Notes under the pieces: generated by a model | Database searches by the model: none | Told to the model about the DNA's origin: nothing | What the model saw: the letters and a program-made list of their open reading frames with translations, nothing else | In this document: one piece after another, positions 39,606-51,966 of the stretch | Position numbering within the stretch: the stretch's first letter is position 1 | How the letters are laid out: each line of letters begins with the position of its first letter | Position numbers and translations under genes: made by a program | Source: an uncultured beta proteobacterium | GTDB taxonomy: Bacteria; Pseudomonadota; Gammaproteobacteria; Burkholderiales; SG8-39 | Direction of reading: 5' to 3' | DNA: 64,000 nt | NCBI GenBank assembly: GCA_963754305.1 | Contig: CAVWFR010000011.1 | Span: 88,710-152,709 of the forward strand

Positions 39606-39670
39606 CGTCATCCCGGCGAACGGGATCCAGTCCGGCGCCCGACTGGGCCCCGGCTTCCGCCGAGGCGACG
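39606..39670 (+). repeat. Type-1 hairpin repeat element, in frame inside UvrA-like unit 1 (inter-NBD linker)
   Basis: cgtcatcccggcgaacgggatccag...ctgggccccggcttccgccgaggcgacg. Translated as SSRRTGSSPAPDWAPASAEAT, between ...GRKHVDEA and IRIEGAAEHNLK.... Confidence 0.7.
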
Positions 39671-40382
39671 ATCCGTATCGAGGGCGCCGCCGAGCACAAC
39701 CTGAAATCGCTCGACGTCGCCTTTCCGTTGCACCGTCTCGTCTGCATCACCGGCGTGTCCGGCTCGGGCAAGTCGACGCTCGTGCAGGACGTGCTGCACA
39801 CGGCGCTCCGCAAAGCGAAGGGCAAACCGACCGAGACGCCCGGCGCGCATCGGAGCCTGACCGGCGCCGAGCTCGTCGACGATGTCGTGCTCGTCGACCA
39901 GTCGCCGATCGGCAAGACGGCGCGCTCGAATCCGGCGAGCTACGTCGGCGCGTTCGACGCCATCCGCAAGCGCTTTGCCGACTCGGCGGTCGCGAAGGAG
40001 CGCGGCTACACGCCGGGGACCTTCAGCTTCAACGCCGGCAACGGCCGCTGCCCGGCCTGCGGCGGCAACGGTTTCGAGCACGTCGAGATGCAGTTCCTGT
40101 CGGACGTGTATCTGCGCTGCCCCGACTGCAACGGCAAGCGCTTCCGGTCCGAGGTGCTCGAGGTGAAGTACGGCGGCCGCAGCATCGCTGACGTGCTGGA
40201 ACTCACCGTCTCCGAAGCGCTCGCGGTGTTCGCCGGCGAGGGCGACGTAGTCGCAGCGCTTGCCCCGCTAGCCGATGTTGGGCTCGAGTACCTGCGGCTC
40301 GGTCAGCCGGTGCCGACGCTCTCCGGCGGCGAGGCGCAGCGGTTGAAGCTGGCGGGGCATCTGGCGGAAGCCGCAAAGCTCC

Positions 40383-40450
40383 CGTCATCCCGGCGAACGC
40401 CGGGATCCAGTTTGGCGCCGGACTTGGCCCCGGCGTCCGCCGGAGCGACG
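40383..40450 (+). repeat. Type-1 hairpin repeat element, in frame inside UvrA-like unit 1 (between ABC signature and Walker B)
   Basis: cgtcatcccggcgaacgccgggatccag...ttggccccggcgtccgccggagcgacg, with a perfect 9-bp inverted repeat atcccggcg/cgccgggat. Translated as SSRRTPGSSLAPDLAPASAGAT. Confidence 0.7.
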
Positions 40451-40757
40451 AGCAAAGGCGACCTCTTCCTTTTCGACGAGCCGACCACCGGTCTGCATTT
40501 CGACGACGTCGCGAAGCTCCTCGGCGCGTTCCGTCGGCTGATCGCCGCCGGCCACTCGCTCATCGTCATCGAGCACAACCTCGACGTCATCCGCGCTTCC
40601 GACTGGATCATCGACCTCGGGCCGGAAGGCGGCGACGCGGGCGGCGAGATCGTCTGCGCAGGGACGCCGGACGCAGTGCTGGCGAATGACGCCTCGCACA
40701 CCGGCCGCGCGCTGCGCGACTACGAGGCGGTGTTGGCTCGCCCCCCTGTGAAGGGGG

Positions 40758-43531
<2,774 letters not shown>

Positions 43532-43535
<4 letters not shown>

Positions 43536-44338
43536 GCAGCACGGGCCGGGGCGACGCGTTGCGCGGATTCTCCGCGCCGCTTTCGCCGGACGATCAGGCG
43601 AGCCTCTACGGTCCACCGCCCTGGCGGTTTCACGGCCGCATGCTTACCGTGTTCCTGCGCGCGGATCGGCGAGCGTTCGCGCAGCACCTCCCCTCGACCC
43701 TTGCGCCCTACGCGCAGCCGATCGTGCGCGTCAGCACCTACGAGATGGCGTGCGACTACGGGTTCGGCCCCGGGTTTGCCGCGCGCCGCCCGGAGCTCGC
43801 GAATTTCTGCGAAACCGGCGTCTCGCTCTTCGTCGAGCACGCCGGCGTGCGCGGCAACTACTGCGCGTTCATCTGGTGCGACGGCGACGCGGAGATCGCC
43901 GTGGGCCGCGAGATGTACGGCTGGCCGCAGGTGCTCGGGCAGATGTGGCTCACGCGCCCGCCCTTTGGCCGGTCATGGCGCGCCGGCGACGAGATCGCCT
44001 CGCTGGTGAGCCGGGCCGGCCGCCCGGTGCTCGAGATGCTCGCCACGATCGAGCGCCCGGGCGATCTCGAGCTGGGCCTGCCGCCGTTTCTCGATTTCTA
44101 CACGCTGACCGCGCTGCCGAGTCCCGAGCGTCCGGAAGTCGAGCGGCGCCTCGTTCGCACGCGCATGCTCGACGTCGCGCTCGAGGATCTTTGGTCGGGC
44201 AGCGCGAAGATCGAGTTCCACGCGCCCGAGCTCGCCTGGCTGAAGGACGCGGAAGTCCTCGGTGCGCGCACCAACCTCGTCGGCTGGGCCAAGCCCTTCG
44301 GCGAGATCGTCGCGCGCGAGATCGTACCGCTCGGCTAG
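43532..44338 (+). CDS. Acetoacetate decarboxylase (ADC) family protein
   Basis: 268 aa. TTG 43532 overlaps the UvrA-like stop (TTGA), with GGAGGG 6 nt upstream. ...[20 protein letters not shown]..., ...[11 protein letters not shown].... Confidence 0.7.
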
Positions 44339-44958
44339 ACGGCGAGCCAGGGCGCGGCGATGCACTCCGCGAGCAGCCGCTTCGGGGCCCAGTCTCCGCC
44401 CGCCGGCCGCGAATCGTGGAAGGCGAGGCCGAGCGCCGCGCAGCCGAGCGGATTGAATCCGGCGGCCGGGCGCCGCCACGACTCGCCTGCGGGCGCCAGC
44501 CCGAGCGCATAGTGTTTGCGCAGGGCCGCCACCACGGTCCATCGCTCGCTTCCCGCGCCGGTCGCCGTTCCATCGAGCAGTTCGAGCACTGCCCATCGCC
44601 GGCGCGCCGCACGCGGTCCCTCGGTCACGCACAGATGACCGTGGCCGTTGACCGGACTCGGACCGCTCCGGCCGTAGCCCCAGCGAGCAACCCACCCCTT
44701 GCGAAACCGGTCCAGGTCGGCGTTGAACCATACCGGCTCGACCTGCGCCGGGTCGGTGAGCTGCATGAGGTCGAAATGCGTCCAGGGCAGCGAACCATCG
44801 CTCGGCGCCACGATCTTCCAGTTCGAATAGTCGGCAACGCCCGGGATTGCGTTGAAAGTCGGGTTGTCCTCGCTCCGCAGCCAGGGCTCGTAGAGCGCCG
44901 GCGTGGCCGCGGGGCCGGGCGTGTAAGTGAGCAGCACCATCGCCGACCCAGTGCTCAT
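44335..44958 (-). CDS. Hypothetical protein (207 aa), last gene of the long minus-strand cluster
   Basis: ATG 44958 overlaps the hydantoinase stop (ATGA). Coding-like composition; two halves of about 100 aa each. No family recognised by eye. Confidence 0.55.
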   Translation of the reverse strand: MSTGSAMVLLTYTPGPAATPALYEPWLRSEDNPTFNAIPGVADYSNWKIVAPSDGSLPWTHFDLMQLTDPAQVEPVWFNADLDRFRKGWVARWGYGRSGPSPVNGHGHLCVTEGPRAARRRWAVLELLDGTATGAGSERWTVVAALRKHYALGLAPAGESWRRPAAGFNPLGCAALGLAFHDSRPAGGDWAPKRLLAECIAAPWLAV

Positions 44959-46322
44959 GCCGCCCTCAGGGCGCGATGCAGATACTTCCCCCACCCGCCG
45001 CGTCCCACAATCTTCCCGTCCTGCATCACCGTCTCGCCGCGAACGATCGTCGCCACCGGCCAGCCGCGGAACTTCCAGCCGTCGTAAAGGCTGTAGTCGG
45101 AGTACGACCCCAGCTCCGCGGCCACGACCTCGCGCTCGCGATTCAGGTCGACGATGGTGAGGTCGCCGTCGTAGCCGGGGCGGATGTGCCCCTTGCGGTC
45201 ATCGATGTGGAAGATCCGCGCCGGCGCGGCGGTCAGCGAATCGCAGATCCGCTGCAGCGTGATCCGACCTTTGTGAAAGCCCTCCGACAGCAGCACCGGC
45301 AGGATCGTCGCGGTGCCCGGGAAGCCCTGCGACGCCGTCCAGATGCCCTTCTCCTTCGTCGCGCGCTTGCGCGGCACGTGATCGGACGCGACGACCTCGA
45401 TCGTTCCGTCCGCCAACGCCGCCCATAACGCATCGAGATCCTCGCGCGTCTTGAATGGCGGATTCGCCTTCCCCATCGACCCGATGTCCATGTCCATCGT
45501 ATGCGTGAGGTAGTGCGGGCAGGTTTCGAGGTGGATCTTCGGGTAGCGGCGGCGCCAGCGCTTCGTCTCGTCGATCGTCAGCTGCGACGAGACGTGCGGG
45601 ATGTAGATCCGCGCGCCGAGCTGCTCGGCGAAGTAGGCGGCGCGCACGAAGCTCTCGGCCTCGGTGATCGGCGGCTTCGACAGACACCAGTCGCGGAGCG
45701 TGTCGCGCCCCTCCTGCTGGAGCCGCTTCCGGATCCGGTTCACGAGCTCGATGTTCTCGGTGTGGCACACGGTCACCACGTCGCCGAGCTTCGCCGCCGC
45801 CTCGAGAAGGTCGTGGAAGTAGCCGTCGTCGGTGCCGTCCAGACCGAGATAGCGCCCTTCCTCGCCCTTGAAGTTCATGAAGTACTTGAACGAAGTGACG
45901 CCGAACTCCGCGACGTACCTGCCGAGCTCCTGGCGGTGGAGCTCGTTCGCGGTCGAGAAGTGGAAGCCGAAGTCGACGTGGCACCGCTCGCGCGCGTACC
46001 CCATCTCGCGCGCATAGACCGAGTCGTACGCCTCGTTGTTCAGGAAGTAGCCGAGGATGGTCGTGAAGCCGCCCTGCGCGGCGTAGACCGTCTCGGTCGA
46101 GTACTCGGTGATCTTCTCGCCGAACCCGAAGTGGACATGGGCGTCGATCAGGCCGGGGAAGACATGCTTGCCCGAGGCGTCGACGACCTTCGCCGCGTCG
46201 GCCGGCGTGCCGGGCGCGAGCAGCGCCGCAAAGCGCCCGTCGCTGATCGCGACGTCGAGCCGCTCCGGCGCGCGGTCGGGGAACACGACCGTTCCGTTCT
46301 TCACCAGCAGGTCGAATTGCAT
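44955..46322 (-). CDS. Dihydropyrimidinase/hydantoinase-type cyclic amidohydrolase
   Basis: 455 aa. GLIDAHVHF, SFKYFM (the Lys that is carbamylated), CHTEN, IPHVSS, VASDHVP. Confidence 0.9.
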   Translation of the reverse strand: MQFDLLVKNGTVVFPDRAPERLDVAISDGRFAALLAPGTPADAAKVVDASGKHVFPGLIDAHVHFGFGEKITEYSTETVYAAQGGFTTILGYFLNNEAYDSVYAREMGYARERCHVDFGFHFSTANELHRQELGRYVAEFGVTSFKYFMNFKGEEGRYLGLDGTDDGYFHDLLEAAAKLGDVVTVCHTENIELVNRIRKRLQQEGRDTLRDWCLSKPPITEAESFVRAAYFAEQLGARIYIPHVSSQLTIDETKRWRRRYPKIHLETCPHYLTHTMDMDIGSMGKANPPFKTREDLDALWAALADGTIEVVASDHVPRKRATKEKGIWTASQGFPGTATILPVLLSEGFHKGRITLQRICDSLTAAPARIFHIDDRKGHIRPGYDGDLTIVDLNREREVVAAELGSYSDYSLYDGWKFRGWPVATIVRGETVMQDGKIVGRGGWGKYLHRALRAA

Positions 46323-46338
46323 CGCCTTGCTCCTACTT

Positions 46339-47370
46339 TCAAAGGTCCGCCAGCGACACCGGCCGCTCTGCGCCTTCCTCGAGCGCGAGCGCGCGAAGGC
46401 TCTGCTTCAGCTCCGCTTCGTCCAGGTCGCGACCGATGCATACGAGCCGCGACGACCGGTCCTCGGACGGCCAGCGGGCGAGCCGCTCGGGCGGATGGAA
46501 GAACCCGGCGATGCCGTGAAGCGCGACCGGCGCGCGATCCGGACCGACGGCGAAGAGGCCCTTCACTCGCAACAGGCGGTCGCCGAAAGTCTCGGACACG
46601 AGCGCCTTCCACGCGGCGATGCCCGACCAGTGAACCGGATGCTCGATCGAGAACGCAGCCGCGGTAAACGGCCGCGCACGCACCGCACCCACCGGCGCAT
46701 AGCGCCCGCCGTGCCACAACCGCTCGCCGCCCGTCGCCGGCAGCGCCGCCAGCCGGCGCTCCGGAAAGAGGACCGCAGGATCGACCTCGCCGCGCACCGC
46801 GCTCGTCCGCTGCGCGAGCGGGTTCAATTCCGCGAGTCGAGCGTCGAGTGCAGTGGCTGCTTCGTGCGAAGCGAGATCGGTCTTGGTGAGAACGAGCGCG
46901 TCGGCGAGCGCGATCTGGCGCAGCGCCTCCGGCTCGTGCGCGATCTGCCGCGTAGCTTGCATCGCGTCCACGGTGGTGACGATCGCGGCGAGGCGGAACT
47001 CCGCACGCAGCAGCGCGTCCGACACGAGCGCGTTGGCGACCGGCCCCGGATCGGCGACGCCGGTCGTCTCGACGATGACGCGCGCGAACGGCGGCACCTT
47101 GCCGGCGACGCGGCGGACGAAGAGATCCGCGAGCGTCTCCCGCAACCCGCCCTGCAGGCTGCAGCAGAGACATCCGGACTCGAGCAGCAGCACGTTGTGC
47201 TCGCTCCGCTCGACGAGGAGATGATCGAGGCCCACTTCGCCGAGCTCGTTCACGATCACCGCGGTGTCGGCGAAGCGCGGATCGCGCAGCACGCGGTTGA
47301 GCAGCGTCGTCTTGCCGCTGCCGAGGAAGCCGGTGAGCACCGTCACCGGGATGGGCGGACGGCCGCTCAA
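46339..47370 (-). CDS. CobW/COG0523 G3E-family GTPase (metallochaperone-like)
   Basis: TTG 47370 overlaps the epimerase stop (TTGA); GTG 47382 is an alternative start. VTVLTGFLGSGKTTLLN, the CxCC motif ESGCLCCSL, VLTKTDL, and a CobW C-terminal domain. Confidence 0.85.
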   Translation of the reverse strand: MSGRPPIPVTVLTGFLGSGKTTLLNRVLRDPRFADTAVIVNELGEVGLDHLLVERSEHNVLLLESGCLCCSLQGGLRETLADLFVRRVAGKVPPFARVIVETTGVADPGPVANALVSDALLRAEFRLAAIVTTVDAMQATRQIAHEPEALRQIALADALVLTKTDLASHEAATALDARLAELNPLAQRTSAVRGEVDPAVLFPERRLAALPATGGERLWHGGRYAPVGAVRARPFTAAAFSIEHPVHWSGIAAWKALVSETFGDRLLRVKGLFAVGPDRAPVALHGIAGFFHPPERLARWPSEDRSSRLVCIGRDLDEAELKQSLRALALEEGAERPVSLADL

Positions 47371-48350
47371 CTTCGGAACCACTCCGGATGCGCGGCGACC
47401 CACTGCGCGAAGGAGGCGGCCGCCGCCTGCGGCACCGGCGGCGCGCGAAACTCCGCCGCGAGCCGCTGCATGTCGAGATGCGTGCGCTGCCGGGTCAGGT
47501 CGTCGTAGAACGGGACCGACGCGCCGCCGTCCACCTCCACGACCGGGAGCCCGGCCCCGGCCAGAGCGCCGACCAGCTCGCGCGCATGCCAGACGACGCC
47601 TCCGCCGAGGTTGTACAGCCGATGCCGGAGGTCCGGCGCAGTGAGCAGCCACGCGATCGCGTCGGCGACGTACGGCGCGAAGACCCAGTCGCGGCTGCCG
47701 CCGGCCGGCAGCGGCGCGATCGGCTCCCCGCGTACGGCGGCGCGCGCGATCGCGTGCAGCGGCGAGAGCCGCTCGCGCACGCCGGTCGCACGCTCCCACG
47801 GACCGAACACGGCGGCGGGTCGTGCGATGACGACCGTGGGGCCAGCGGCTGCCAGCGCCGACCAGCGTGCAACCGCGGCCTCGAGCGCCGCCTTCCCGAT
47901 GCCGTACAAGGTGCCCGGCGCACCGCGATCGTCCTCGCGCACCGGGCGATCGCCGAAGAAGAGATCGCCCATCGCCGACGACGAGGACGCGAGCACGACG
48001 CGGCCCACTTTGTGCCGCACCGCGAGCTCGACCAGATGGAGCGGCGCGGCGAGGTTGACGTCGAAGATCGACCCCGGCCCCGCCCGCTCGCGCTCCGGCG
48101 CGGCGGTGATCGCGGCGCCCGCGAACGCCGCGTCGACGTGAGCGGTGGAGACCAGCAGCTCGATCGCGTGCTCGTCGCGCACGTCCGCCTGAACGACACG
48201 CAACTTCCCGGGCAGCGCCGCAAGCGCCGCCTGCGCGAGGTCCGGAATCGGGCTCGCTGAAAGAGCGACGACCGAGTGTCCGTCGGCGAGCAGCCGCTCG
48301 AGCAGATTGACGCCGACGAAGCCCGAGGCGCCGGTAACCAGGATGTTCAT
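47367..48350 (-). CDS. NAD-dependent epimerase/dehydratase family protein
   Basis: 327 aa. MNILVTGASGFVGVNLLERL, YGIGKAALE (YxxxK). Confidence 0.85.
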   Translation of the reverse strand: MNILVTGASGFVGVNLLERLLADGHSVVALSASPIPDLAQAALAALPGKLRVVQADVRDEHAIELLVSTAHVDAAFAGAAITAAPERERAGPGSIFDVNLAAPLHLVELAVRHKVGRVVLASSSSAMGDLFFGDRPVREDDRGAPGTLYGIGKAALEAAVARWSALAAAGPTVVIARPAAVFGPWERATGVRERLSPLHAIARAAVRGEPIAPLPAGGSRDWVFAPYVADAIAWLLTAPDLRHRLYNLGGGVVWHARELVGALAGAGLPVVEVDGGASVPFYDDLTRQRTHLDMQRLAAEFRAPPVPQAAAASFAQWVAAHPEWFRS

Positions 48351-48359
48351 GCGGGTCTC

Positions 48360-50330
48360 CTACAATGCACGTGCCGCGCGGTGCCCGTCGAAGATCGCCT
48401 CGAGCGCGTTTCGCGGTGCGAGGCAGTCGCCGACGAGGATCGGATCGAGCCCCGCGTCGACGAGCGGCGACTCGAGCGGATGATGCGCCGCCGGCGGAAT
48501 GCAGCCCACGACGACGTCGACGCGCAGCGTGGAAGCGTCGCCGCAGGACGCGTTCTCGACCGTGAGCGTTCCGCCTTCGAACCGCAACGGCCGCGTCAGC
48601 GTGAGAAGGCGGATGCGCTTCTCGCGCCAGCGGGCGAAGGTCGTGAGATTGCTGTAGATCGTCGTTCGCCAAAGCATGGCCGCGACGGGCGCGATCAACG
48701 TGACCTCGGCGCCCTGCTCGGCCAGATGCTCGGTCAGCCCGAGCACCGGCCAGTCGCCGGTCTCGTCGTAGATCGCGATGCGCGCGCCCGCGGCCGGCAT
48801 CTCCGCCGCGGCATCCAGCGTGAGCGCGGCGGTCCTGTCCGGAAGCAGGTAGGGCACCGGCCGTGACCCGGTTGCGAGCACGACGGCGTCCGCGCGCGCT
48901 TCGAGGAGCGCAGGCGCCGTCGCTGCGCGGCCGAGCTCGACCTGCACGCCGAGCGCGGCCAGCCGGCGCGACGCGTATTCGAGCCACCGGCCGAAGTCCT
49001 CGCGCCGCCTGAGTCGCGCCGCCAGGGCCAGCCGCCCGCCGAGATGCGCCCCCTGCTCCCAGAGCCGCACGCGATGTCCGCGCTCGGCGGCAATGCACGC
49101 GGCCTCCAGGCCGGCGGGCCCGGCGCCGACGACGATCACGTCCTTCGACACCGCGGCGCGATCGGCGCGCGGCTCGGTCCAGGCCCCCTCGCGGCCGACG
49201 CGCGGATTCACGAAGCAGGTGAGCGCCAGGTTCTTCTCGAGGTTCTGCGCGCAGCCCTGGTTGCAGCCGATGCACGGCCGGACCTCGTCCGCGCGGCCCG
49301 CCTGCCACTTCGAGACGATGTCCGGATCGGCGATGTGCGCGCGCGCCATGCCGACCATGTCCGCGGCGCCCGAGGCGATGATCTCCTCGGCTTCCTCCGG
49401 ATCCCGGTACTTGCAGACGGTCAAGATCGCGACCGGCTCGCGCGCTCCGCTCACCGCCGCACGGATCGCACCCGGCAGGTGCCGGAACATCGCTTTGTCG
49501 ACGCCCATGTCCGCCATCTGCGTGCCGAGCGACTCGCTCATGTGGTACGCGGAGTGGGTCACATGGATGAAATCGATCGCGACTTCGTCGACGAGCCGCC
49601 GCGCGATCTCGGCGGCCTCCTTGACGTGCAGCCCTTCGGGCACGAACTCCTCCGCGCTCAGGCGGACGCCGAGACACCGTTCGCGGCCCATCGCGGCGCG
49701 CAGGCGGCGCGCGACCTCGAGCGGGAACCGCATCCGGTTCTCGAGCGAGCCGCCGAAAGCGTCCTCCCGCCGGTTCGAGAGCGGCGAGAGGAACTGCTGG
49801 AGCAGGTGGCCGTGGCCCCAGTGCAGCTCGATGCCGTCCACGCCGGCCGCGAGCATGTTCTCCACGGTGCGCAGGTGGCCGTCGACGACGGCCGTCATGT
49901 CTCGCTGCGACATCTCGCGCGGCGGGTACGCGCCGAGCGACCATCGCACCGGCGACGGTCCCCACGAGCTGGTGCGTTCGAACTCGCCCTCGATCTGGCG
50001 GCCGAGATGACACACCTGCGCGAAGAAGAGCGCACCCTCCGCCTGCACCGCCTCGGCCACGCGCCGGTAGGCCGGAACGCTTTCCGGCAGATAACCCGCG
50101 ACACCCTGCGGCCGACCGAGGCTGTTCTCCATCACGCGGATCGCCTCGAACATCACGATCGCCGCGCCGCCGCGCGCGCGGGCGCGGTGATAGTCGACGT
50201 GACGCTCGGTCGGCCGGTGCTGGTCGCCGAAGTTCGTCGTGTGCGCCGGGACGAAGATCCGGTTCCGCGCGCGCAGACGATTGATGGCGAGCGGCTCGAA
50301 GACGCGCGTGAGCGGGCGAGCTTCAGGCAT
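48360..50330 (-). CDS. OYE-type FMN / 4Fe-4S / FAD-NAD(P) oxidoreductase (2,4-dienoyl-CoA reductase-like), copy 1
   Basis: 656 aa. OYE barrel (HTTNF..., IELHWGHGHLLQQFLSP). Canonical cluster motif CIGCNQGC-x11-C. VIVVGAGPAGLEAA. Confidence 0.9.
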   Translation of the reverse strand: MPEARPLTRVFEPLAINRLRARNRIFVPAHTTNFGDQHRPTERHVDYHRARARGGAAIVMFEAIRVMENSLGRPQGVAGYLPESVPAYRRVAEAVQAEGALFFAQVCHLGRQIEGEFERTSSWGPSPVRWSLGAYPPREMSQRDMTAVVDGHLRTVENMLAAGVDGIELHWGHGHLLQQFLSPLSNRREDAFGGSLENRMRFPLEVARRLRAAMGRERCLGVRLSAEEFVPEGLHVKEAAEIARRLVDEVAIDFIHVTHSAYHMSESLGTQMADMGVDKAMFRHLPGAIRAAVSGAREPVAILTVCKYRDPEEAEEIIASGAADMVGMARAHIADPDIVSKWQAGRADEVRPCIGCNQGCAQNLEKNLALTCFVNPRVGREGAWTEPRADRAAVSKDVIVVGAGPAGLEAACIAAERGHRVRLWEQGAHLGGRLALAARLRRREDFGRWLEYASRRLAALGVQVELGRAATAPALLEARADAVVLATGSRPVPYLLPDRTAALTLDAAAEMPAAGARIAIYDETGDWPVLGLTEHLAEQGAEVTLIAPVAAMLWRTTIYSNLTTFARWREKRIRLLTLTRPLRFEGGTLTVENASCGDASTLRVDVVVGCIPPAAHHPLESPLVDAGLDPILVGDCLAPRNALEAIFDGHRAARAL

Positions 50331-51966
50331 GTCGGTGGAGCAGCTCGCGGATCCGGCCGATCCGCGGCAGCAACGCCTCGGACAGGCGCTCGGCGCTCGC
50401 GTCGAAGAACTCGTCGCTCGGCTGACCGGCGAGCGTCACCGGCCGGCCGAGCGCGCGCGCCCGCTCGAGTGTCGGATGCTCGAGCACCGCGCGCCAGGCG
50501 CGGTGATGCGTGCGCCACGACTCGAGACTGGCCAGCACCTCGCGGTTGATCGCTTCCGGCTCGAGCCGGACGGCCGCGGCGCCGGTGTAGCGCACGGCGA
50601 GCCGCTGGTCGAACCACGGCCGAAAGAGGCGCCGATTGCGGGTCGCGTGCCAGAGCGCGATCAGATGCCCGCCATCCCACCGCGGCTCGATCGGAGGTGC
50701 GTACCGCGCCGCGTAGTCAGGCGTGTCCGCATGCGGCCTGGCCGGCGCCTCGAGCACGACACCAGCGACCGCGCGCGGGCGATCGGCCGCGATCTCGACG
50801 GCGGCTGCGCAGCCTCCGTTCAGCGCGTAGAGATCGCACTCGCCGATCCCGAGGCGATCGAGCGCCTGCGCCATGACGCGCGCCATCGCGCTTGCGCCCG
50901 CGGCCTCGAATGCATCGGAGTCGCCACAGCCCGGCGCGTCGATGGCGACCACACGGCGATCGCGCGCGAGCGCTTCGATCTCGCCGAGAAGCATCGAGCC
51001 CGAACCGGGGATCGGCGGCACCACGATCAGGGGCCGCCCATCGGCGGGCCCGGCGGTCCGCAGCGCGAGCTGCCCGCCGTCCGCCTCGACGTAGGAACGC
51101 GTAACGCCCGTGCGGCGAGCGGCGGTCTGCAGCCGCGCTTCCGCCGGCTCGCCCGCGTGCGCGCGCAGCAATTCGATCTCCCGCGCCGCGCCCGCTATGC
51201 GGTCGAGCGGCATCGGCTCGATCCGGCAGCTCGCGGGGAGATTCCCGAGCAGCGCCAGCGCGGCAGTGAGCGAGTCGTCGGGATAGGCCAGGAAATAGGT
51301 GGGGACGCGCAGCTTGGGCACGAGCGCGGCGCTGTCGCAGCGGAACGCCGCGCCGTAGGGGAGACGGTAGCCGTTCCCGGCGCGCAGCAGATCGACGACG
51401 CCCTCGTGCAGAAACTCGGCATCGGGAACGTCGCAGCGCGCTTGCGTGATCTCGCCCGGGACGTTCCACGGCCAGAAGAGATACTGCTCGCGGTAGCGGC
51501 ACCACAGCCAGAGGAGATGCGATCCGTCCCACCGGACTTCGTACGGAGGAAAGTAGTTCGCAGTGCGGCGCGCGCGCTCGTCCGCGCTGTAAACGGGGTA
51601 GCCGTCGATCAGGACCGTGCTCACGCGGTCGGGCCGTCTTACCGCGAGCTCCACGCACACGAGCGCGCCGGTGTGCGAGCCGTAGAGCGCCACGCGGCCG
51701 AGACCTAGCGCATCCAGCGTGTCGAGGAGGCCTTCCGCCAGGTCCGCCACCTCCGGCCGCGGGAGCGGCAGCGGATCGGAACGCCCCAGGCCGGGAATGT
51801 CGAGCGCAAGCGCGAGAAAGCCGGCGCGCGCGAAGGCCTCGGTCTGGAGGTCGAGCGTGCGGCCCGAGGTCGGCGACTGGTGGATCAGCACCACCGCCGG
51901 ACCGCGTCCGGCGTAGCGCAGATGCACCTGCCGGTCGCCGACCGTCACGAACGCGCGCCGGATCAT
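50323..51966 (-). CDS. Protein with two tandem alpha/beta-hydrolase-fold domains
   Basis: 547 aa. ATG 51966 overlaps the dctM stop (ATGA). Two repeats, each with a ...LIHQSPTSG.../...VVPPIPGSG... block and a DxPGxGxSD block. Nucleophile elbows read GSHTG and ALNGG. Confidence 0.7.
   Translation of the reverse strand: MIRRAFVTVGDRQVHLRYAGRGPAVVLIHQSPTSGRTLDLQTEAFARAGFLALALDIPGLGRSDPLPLPRPEVADLAEGLLDTLDALGLGRVALYGSHTGALVCVELAVRRPDRVSTVLIDGYPVYSADERARRTANYFPPYEVRWDGSHLLWLWCRYREQYLFWPWNVPGEITQARCDVPDAEFLHEGVVDLLRAGNGYRLPYGAAFRCDSAALVPKLRVPTYFLAYPDDSLTAALALLGNLPASCRIEPMPLDRIAGAAREIELLRAHAGEPAEARLQTAARRTGVTRSYVEADGGQLALRTAGPADGRPLIVVPPIPGSGSMLLGEIEALARDRRVVAIDAPGCGDSDAFEAAGASAMARVMAQALDRLGIGECDLYALNGGCAAAVEIAADRPRAVAGVVLEAPARPHADTPDYAARYAPPIEPRWDGGHLIALWHATRNRRLFRPWFDQRLAVRYTGAAAVRLEPEAINREVLASLESWRTHHRAWRAVLEHPTLERARALGRPVTLAGQPSDEFFDASAERLSEALLPRIGRIRELLHRHA

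Noticed and set aside
46339-50013. 1224-aa ORF on the minus strand
   Set aside because: It is a composite. Only its last 343 codons (the CobW GTPase) are in the true frame. The rest is out of frame relative to the epimerase and OYE reductase genes, which have clear motifs in their own frames.
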